From NCBI GenBank assembly GCA_046497275.1, contig JAWOFX010000040.1, positions 1-11,506 on the forward strand: DNA of 11,506 nt. Reading direction: 5' to 3'. A program made the position numbers and the translations under genes. Origin of the DNA: Promethearchaeia archaeon (GTDB taxonomy: Archaea > Asgardarchaeota > Lokiarchaeia > Sigyniarchaeales > SOKP01). A model generated the notes under the pieces. That model was not told the origin of the DNA, did no database searches, and worked only from the letters and a program-made list of their open reading frames with translations. This document shows positions 6,928 to 11,506 of the stretch, in pieces. How positions within the stretch are numbered: position 1 is the first letter of the stretch; every line of letters begins with the position of its first letter.

Positions 6928-7427
6928 ATGTTGTTTCCTAAATACAAAAATATCCATATCAAAAGAGATATATCCCGTATTTTTCCGAATTTAAGGACTA
7001 TCTCAAAGACAACAAAATTCACATTCAACACCTCTCTTCTTCACGAAATGGAATACAGATTACCGTAGAATTTATCAATATCCCCCCGGATCAATTTTAT
7101 TATCCTCATATAAAATTTATGTGTAGCATTCATTCCGCTTTAAATTCGTTAGGAATGCTATTAAAAGTTCTAAAGAAATATGAATTCAAAAAATACGGAG
7201 TCGCAATTTATGAACGCCCCGCCCTCAATCATCCAGGAGACGAAGAATATACCCGATATTATTGCGAACAATTGAAGATACCGCTTATCATCCTTAAAGG
7301 AAGGGAAAACGCCTTTTTTCATCTTCAGAGGAATCGAGCCCCCAAGATCGGCAAAATGGGAAGGTGGTGTAGCAGAGTGTTTAAGACCGGGGCAATTTCT
7401 TTTCGAGCACCGTTAAAATTGGATTAA
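6928..7427 (+). pseudogene. Frameshifted, 3'-truncated PAPS-reductase (CysH/DndC-like) family remnant
   Basis: ATG 6928 follows a purine-rich AGAAAGGAAAG but its frame closes after 46 codons. The frame of the 7119 ORF is open from 6942 to 7427 (161 codons) with no upstream ATG. It contains IYERPALNHPGDEEYTRYYCEQLKIPL and RAPKIGKMGRWCSRVFKT, matching the family pattern (F.DTG.E.PET.EY...L.I.L ... P...RWC...K). Confidence 0.55.
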
Positions 7428-7869
7428 ATCCAGCCGCTTGAAACACTTTGATTAATTTATCTGATGCCCCATATCCTATATTTATTCTAATTGAATCGCA
7501 TCCCCAACTTGAAAGTATTTGGACTGCTCTTTCTGCTAGGATTTTCCCCACTTGTTTTCCAATATAATCCTTTTTCACAGCCCAATTATCTAAATACCCA
7601 ATATATTGACCTAAAGTATTTTTAACCGCTTCAACCATTCCCATACCTACGACTTCACCTGTTTCCTTCAATTCAGCGATTAATGTGATTCTTTTCAAGT
7701 TAGGTTTGAATTGTCTTAATCCTGAGGATTTCTTCCATTTATCCTCTTCTAACCCAATATCGTATTTGTCATGAAGTTGTTGAAGGATCTCCAAGGTTGC
7801 TTCATAATCAGAAGTCCGATAATTACGGATTATTATCTCTTCCTCTTCTAAGATTTCTTCTTTGGACAT
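7381..7869 (-). CDS. GNAT-fold N-acetyltransferase, divergent, 162 aa
   Basis: IIIRNYRTSDY beta1, GEVVGMG beta3, GYLDNWAVKKDYIGKQVGKIL motif A region, GCDSIRI beta5, and a terminal GF motif. SD-like TGAGG lies in the 20-nt gap after the upstream gene. Confidence 0.85.
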   Translation of the reverse strand: MSKEEILEEEEIIIRNYRTSDYEATLEILQQLHDKYDIGLEEDKWKKSSGLRQFKPNLKRITLIAELKETGEVVGMGMVEAVKNTLGQYIGYLDNWAVKKDYIGKQVGKILAERAVQILSSWGCDSIRINIGYGASDKLIKVFQAAGFNPILTVLEKKLPRS

Positions 7870-7889
7870 TATATTTTTTCCTCATTTTA

Positions 7890-8900
7890 TTATACTTTTT
7901 CTTTTCTTAATAGTTCAATATCTATTTTTTTCGAGAGAAGTTTTTCATTATTTTCCTCCTCAACAAGAAAAAATAAATATTCATCTATATGTGGAATTAT
8001 AGGAGATATAAATAATAGCTCTTCTTTTGGATACCATTCCTCTACGGTTTGATTCATAATCTCTTTTTCGAAGAATTCCTTTACATGAGTGATTTTCACG
8101 GAGATATTTTCAAATTTTTCATCTGTATTATTATTAACCAATATTTCAAGTTCATTTGAGTCTTCTACAATATGGATATCCATGATTTCAAGAGGTTTTT
8201 TAAAACTAATCTCTCCCTTAGCTTTTTTCGTTGGATCAAAAAGTTTAATGTTTGAAAATGAAGAATCTCCCATAATATGTGATACATCAATACCCTTTAA
8301 AGATAAAAAAGATATCGCTTTTTGCTTTCTTATTGAGGTTGAATCCGTTTCCGTTATAACTAAAGAGAAGAATTCCTTACATGTATTTTTTATATCTTCT
8401 CGTATTTTTTCTTTTGTTTGTTGCCCTTCTTTAATACATTGTTTTATTTTTGGAGTTTTAATTACTTCTTCTCTTGCAATTTCACATTCAATCACTTCAT
8501 ATAATTGTTCTTCATATTTTTTGCGGATTAATTCCGTAATCTGCCTAATTAATTCGTCTCCAAAAATGTCAAGATCATTCGGTAATGAAATTATAATTAT
8601 TATCGTTTCAGGAGTATCCTCTTCTAAGCCTGCTCTCCTTTTTTCTCTTTTAGATTTTGCTAGAAATTTCTTCCCAAAAAAAGTAAAACCTTTATATTCC
8701 AAGTCGATATGATCCAATGCTTCACTTTCTTCCATTTCTAAAAACCAAATAGGATGATATTTTATTGGTCTCATAAAGGATTTATCATCTTTTAAATCCT
8801 CATTTGGAAACATTATAAGTGGTATATGCCCCTTCTCCTCGTCGAAATAGAGGACATAAACATAGCATAATTCTTCAAATTCTTCTAAGGGATTCTTCAT
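7890..8900 (-). CDS. Cytoplasmic protein with N-terminal uDENN/longin-like domain, helical middle and C-terminal Ig-like beta-sandwich (tentative), 336 aa
   Basis: The ORF is clearly coding (SD-coupled to the GNAT gene, acidic/lysine-rich composition like the other host genes). The domain call rests on YVYVLYFDEEKGHIPLIMFP (F-D-x3-G-x7-P), a beta-hairpin GFTFFGKKF...ETIIIIISLP followed by a helix, and alternating beta-strands at aa 235-328. No TM segment or signal peptide. Confidence 0.6.
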   Translation of the reverse strand: MKNPLEEFEELCYVYVLYFDEEKGHIPLIMFPNEDLKDDKSFMRPIKYHPIWFLEMEESEALDHIDLEYKGFTFFGKKFLAKSKREKRRAGLEEDTPETIIIIISLPNDLDIFGDELIRQITELIRKKYEEQLYEVIECEIAREEVIKTPKIKQCIKEGQQTKEKIREDIKNTCKEFFSLVITETDSTSIRKQKAISFLSLKGIDVSHIMGDSSFSNIKLFDPTKKAKGEISFKKPLEIMDIHIVEDSNELEILVNNNTDEKFENISVKITHVKEFFEKEIMNQTVEEWYPKEELLFISPIIPHIDEYLFFLVEEENNEKLLSKKIDIELLRKEKV

Positions 8901-8920
8901 TTTGCTATTATTCTTACTAT

Positions 8921-8932
8921 ATTTAGCTAAAT
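8921..8932. promoter_or_regulatory. Perfect 12-bp palindrome ATTTAGCTAAAT, possible operator in the divergent promoter region
   Basis: Self-complementary, 21-32 nt upstream of ATG 8900. Confidence 0.3.
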
Positions 8933-9038
8933 TAAAGTGTTGTAAATTTTAATATCAACAAAAGAGTTATATATTTCCTTAACTAAAAATTTTTTTAATA
9001 ATATAAATAATTATTAAAACTTTTTAAATGAGGGTAAA

Positions 9039-10127
9039 ATGAAAATAACAGATGTACGAACAAATTTACTCGAGCTTGACTTTAAAATAAAGATAGGAAG
9101 CATGCCTCGATTTAAAGCTTCTGGCCTTTATACAAACCTGATTACAGATGAAGGAATTGACGGTTGGGCATTATCTCACTGGAATTTGAGTAATTTAGCA
9201 CAAAAACAATTCATAGATGAAGCATTAAAGAAACTAGTAATTGGAAAAGATCCATTCATGACAGAAGAGATTTTTAATGAGATCTATCAAAATTCAAATC
9301 GAATCATGTTTGGGATACCTCAAGCAACTTCAGCAATTCAAATTGCATGTTGGGATATTATTGGAAAAGCAACTCGACAACCAATCTATAAACTATTGGG
9401 AGGGAGAAAAAGGAAGGTAAAGGCGTATGCTTCTATGCCAAGGGGTTATAAGGCAAAAGCTGCTGTCGGAGCAGTAGAAGCGGTATTAAATCCCGATTTA
9501 GGTGGATTTAAAGCAGTTAAATTAAGAATAGGAAATGGGGCAAAAAAGGATGAGAGATTATTAAAAGAAGTAAGAGATGTATTCCCGAAAATAGATATAA
9601 TGGTGGATGCTAACTCTGCTTATCATTCCGTAACTGAAGCTTTAGAGATTGCACGTATTTGCGATAAATACGACATTAAATGGTTAGAAGAACCAATCCC
9701 TACTGATAATCTGAACGCCCTTGCTAAACTGCGTGAAATATCCCCAGTTCCTATTGCTGGAGGAGAAAATGATATGGGCATTTTCCGATTTGAAGATATT
9801 TTGTCAAGGGGCAGTTTTGATATTTTACAACCAGATGTGACACGAAGTGGCGGATTTTTACAATTAAAGAAGATAGATGCGATGGCGGAAGTGAAAGGTG
9901 TAAGATGTATCCCCCATATATTTGGTTTTGGACATATTCTAGCTGCGAATCTTCATTATGTCATGTCCACGAGATGTGAATGGTGTGAATTCCCATTTAT
10001 CCCTGATGAATACCAACTCTTAGAGGAACCGATTAAATGTGAAAAAGGATACGTAAAAGCGTTAGAAAAGCCTGGTCTCGGGGTAGAGATCAATCAAACA
10101 ATGTTCGATGATAATGTAGTTTCTTAA
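9039..10127 (+). CDS. Enolase superfamily, mandelate racemase subgroup enzyme (probable acid-sugar dehydratase or racemase), 362 aa
   Basis: ACWDIIGK..QPIYKLLGG, K161-L-R163, metal ligands D190 (MVDAN), E217 (WLEEP) and E243 (GGEN), plus the QPD266/PH293 dyad. SD-like TGAGGG upstream. Confidence 0.93.
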   Translation: MKITDVRTNLLELDFKIKIGSMPRFKASGLYTNLITDEGIDGWALSHWNLSNLAQKQFIDEALKKLVIGKDPFMTEEIFNEIYQNSNRIMFGIPQATSAIQIACWDIIGKATRQPIYKLLGGRKRKVKAYASMPRGYKAKAAVGAVEAVLNPDLGGFKAVKLRIGNGAKKDERLLKEVRDVFPKIDIMVDANSAYHSVTEALEIARICDKYDIKWLEEPIPTDNLNALAKLREISPVPIAGGENDMGIFRFEDILSRGSFDILQPDVTRSGGFLQLKKIDAMAEVKGVRCIPHIFGFGHILAANLHYVMSTRCEWCEFPFIPDEYQLLEEPIKCEKGYVKALEKPGLGVEINQTMFDDNVVS

Positions 10128-10205
10128 AATTAATATTTATTTTCTCTCTTTTTAGAATTTATATATTTGCTAAGGAAAAAAATAGAAATTATTAATCAAA
10201 ATTGC

Positions 10206-10228
10206 AACTTAAGTTATCATTAAGTTAT
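10206..10228. repeat. Palindrome AACTTAAGTT overlapping direct repeat TTAAGTTAT x2 (11-bp period)
   Basis: Palindrome at 10206-10215; repeats at 10209-10217 and 10220-10228, about 100 nt upstream of the FkbM gene. Confidence 0.35.
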
Positions 10229-10325
10229 GAATTGAATATTGCTAGATTTTAAAAAAGTTTAAATATCTAAATATCATCTTTAATTCATATTAATTCGTGA
10301 AAAATCCAACAATACAAGAGGATTT

Positions 10326-11291
10326 ATGATGAATCCATCAGCTATAAAAAGAAAAATTATACGTGACCTTGAAAAAGAATATAAACTGACAGCGTTTCAA
10401 AAAGAAAGGATAAACTGGGAGATAACTAGTATTCGGGGCGATATTGAATTTGCACAACATTTCAATGACTACATTAAAAAAAATCGAAAGAAAATCAAGC
10501 ATTTTCTTTCTGACTTAGATTTGGAAAGTAAGGAAGAAATGGAAAAAATACTTGAAAACTTAGACTTCATGAGTAATCATGATATAGTTGAGATTATTGA
10601 GAATTTTATGCCAAAAATGGGAGAATTAATGGAACATTTAAATTCTATTGAGATCATAAGAAATAAATATAAATTACCAATCGAGATCCATGAGGAAGCC
10701 ATTTTCAAATATAAACATGGATTGAATTTTATTCCTAATGATGTCATAGATAATTTAGCAAATAAGGTTTTTCTTGATTGTGGAGCTTATATGGGAGATT
10801 CTGCTTTAGTTTTTGAGAAAGATTGTAATGCTTCGAGAATTTATTCTTTTGAACCCGTACCTGATAATTATAAATATCTTTTAGATCTTATAGCCTTAAA
10901 TAATCTGAAAAAAGTTATTCCAATTAAAAAAGGTCTTGGAGAAGTTTCAGGAAGAAAAAGTTATAGCGCTCTTGGATTTTGTTCTCGTATTTCTGAAAAT
11001 GGAAATGAAGAGATGGAAATTATAACAATTGATGATTTCGTTTTAGAAAACAAAATAAAAGTTGGTTTGATTAAAATGGATCTTGAGGGTTATGAAATGG
11101 AAGCATTGAATGGGGCGAAATACACAATTAGAAAAAATAAACCAATTTTATTAATATCAATATATCATAATCCCGAAGAGATGTTTGAATCAAAAAATTT
11201 AATACAAACCTTTGTACCAGATTATAATTTCAAGATAAAACATCTTGCAGATGTAAGACCTCTGGGAGAAGTGCATTTAATCGCATGGTAA
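10326..11291 (+). CDS. FkbM family SAM-dependent methyltransferase with helical N-terminal extension, 321 aa
   Basis: VFLDCGAYMGDS, IYSFEP..DNY, ITIDDFV, LIKMDLEGYEMEALNGA, KPILLISIYH. SD-like GAGG upstream. Confidence 0.9.
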   Translation: MMNPSAIKRKIIRDLEKEYKLTAFQKERINWEITSIRGDIEFAQHFNDYIKKNRKKIKHFLSDLDLESKEEMEKILENLDFMSNHDIVEIIENFMPKMGELMEHLNSIEIIRNKYKLPIEIHEEAIFKYKHGLNFIPNDVIDNLANKVFLDCGAYMGDSALVFEKDCNASRIYSFEPVPDNYKYLLDLIALNNLKKVIPIKKGLGEVSGRKSYSALGFCSRISENGNEEMEIITIDDFVLENKIKVGLIKMDLEGYEMEALNGAKYTIRKNKPILLISIYHNPEEMFESKNLIQTFVPDYNFKIKHLADVRPLGEVHLIAW

Positions 11292-11341
11292 TTTAAAAGC
11301 GATTTGATTTTTTCAATAAAATATTTATATATTTAGTTCTT

Positions 11342-11360
11342 AGAAAAAAATTATTATAAT
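11342..11360 (+). promoter_or_regulatory. Putative BRE + TATA for a leaderless ABC ATPase transcript
   Basis: Purine run AGAAAAAAA followed by TTATTATAAT; the TTATAAT ends 25 nt before ATG 11386 and no SD is present. Confidence 0.45.
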
Positions 11361-11385
11361 TTGGCTTGAATAATTTTATTTAATT

Positions 11386-11506
11386 ATGAGTGATCCAATA
11401 ATCCAAACGTTTGATTTAACTAAGATTTTCGATAAAGAAACTCTCGCTGTTAATAAATTAAATATTTCTGTTAAACCGGGGATATATGGGTTTTTAGGTC
11501 CTAATG
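11386..11506 (+). CDS. ABC transporter ATP-binding protein, 5' end only
   Basis: Not in the ORF track. Translation MSDPIIQTFDLTKIFDKETLAVNKLNISVKPGIYGFLGPN(G) runs off the edge at the start of Walker A (GPNG...). Confidence 0.85.
   Translation, partial: MSDPIIQTFDLTKIFDKETLAVNKLNISVKPGIYGFLGPN

Noticed and set aside
6935-6955. Programmed -1 frameshift joining ATG 6928 to the long frame
   Set aside because: No canonical X XXY YYZ slippery heptamer and no obvious downstream stimulator; a simple indel is more parsimonious.
8089-8712. 207-aa plus-strand ORF
   Set aside because: Antisense to the 336-aa gene; its Ser/Ile/Phe-rich composition is what the reverse complement of Glu/Lys-rich codons yields.

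Overview
AT-rich (roughly 30% GC by eye) prokaryotic window with archaeal-type signals: TTATAAT/TTATAAA TATA-like boxes 22-25 nt before apparently leaderless ATGs, a GGAGGTGA Shine-Dalgarno and U-tract terminators. The gene content suggests an Asgard (Lokiarchaeia-like) host, which is inference only. In order: a partial SCP2/archaeal-type thiolase downstream of an HMG-CoA-synthase-fold/DUF35 fusion that lacks all HMGCS catalytic residues; a CDF metal exporter; a GC-enriched 127-nt structured non-coding island; a zinc-ribbon tail-anchored protein; a CPBP protease; an IlvD/Edd-family dehydratase; a frameshifted and truncated PAPS-reductase-like remnant missed in part by the ORF track; a two-gene unit (uDENN/longin-like + Ig-like protein followed by a divergent GNAT); a mandelate-racemase-family enzyme; an FkbM methyltransferase; and the start of an ABC ATPase. 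The best leads are (1) the uDENN/longin-Ig protein coupled to the GNAT, (2) the PhlABC-like pseudo-HMGCS-DUF35 + thiolase pair and (3) the candidate structured RNA or MITE beside the CDF gene. No database search or folding was run; family calls come from motifs read by eye.
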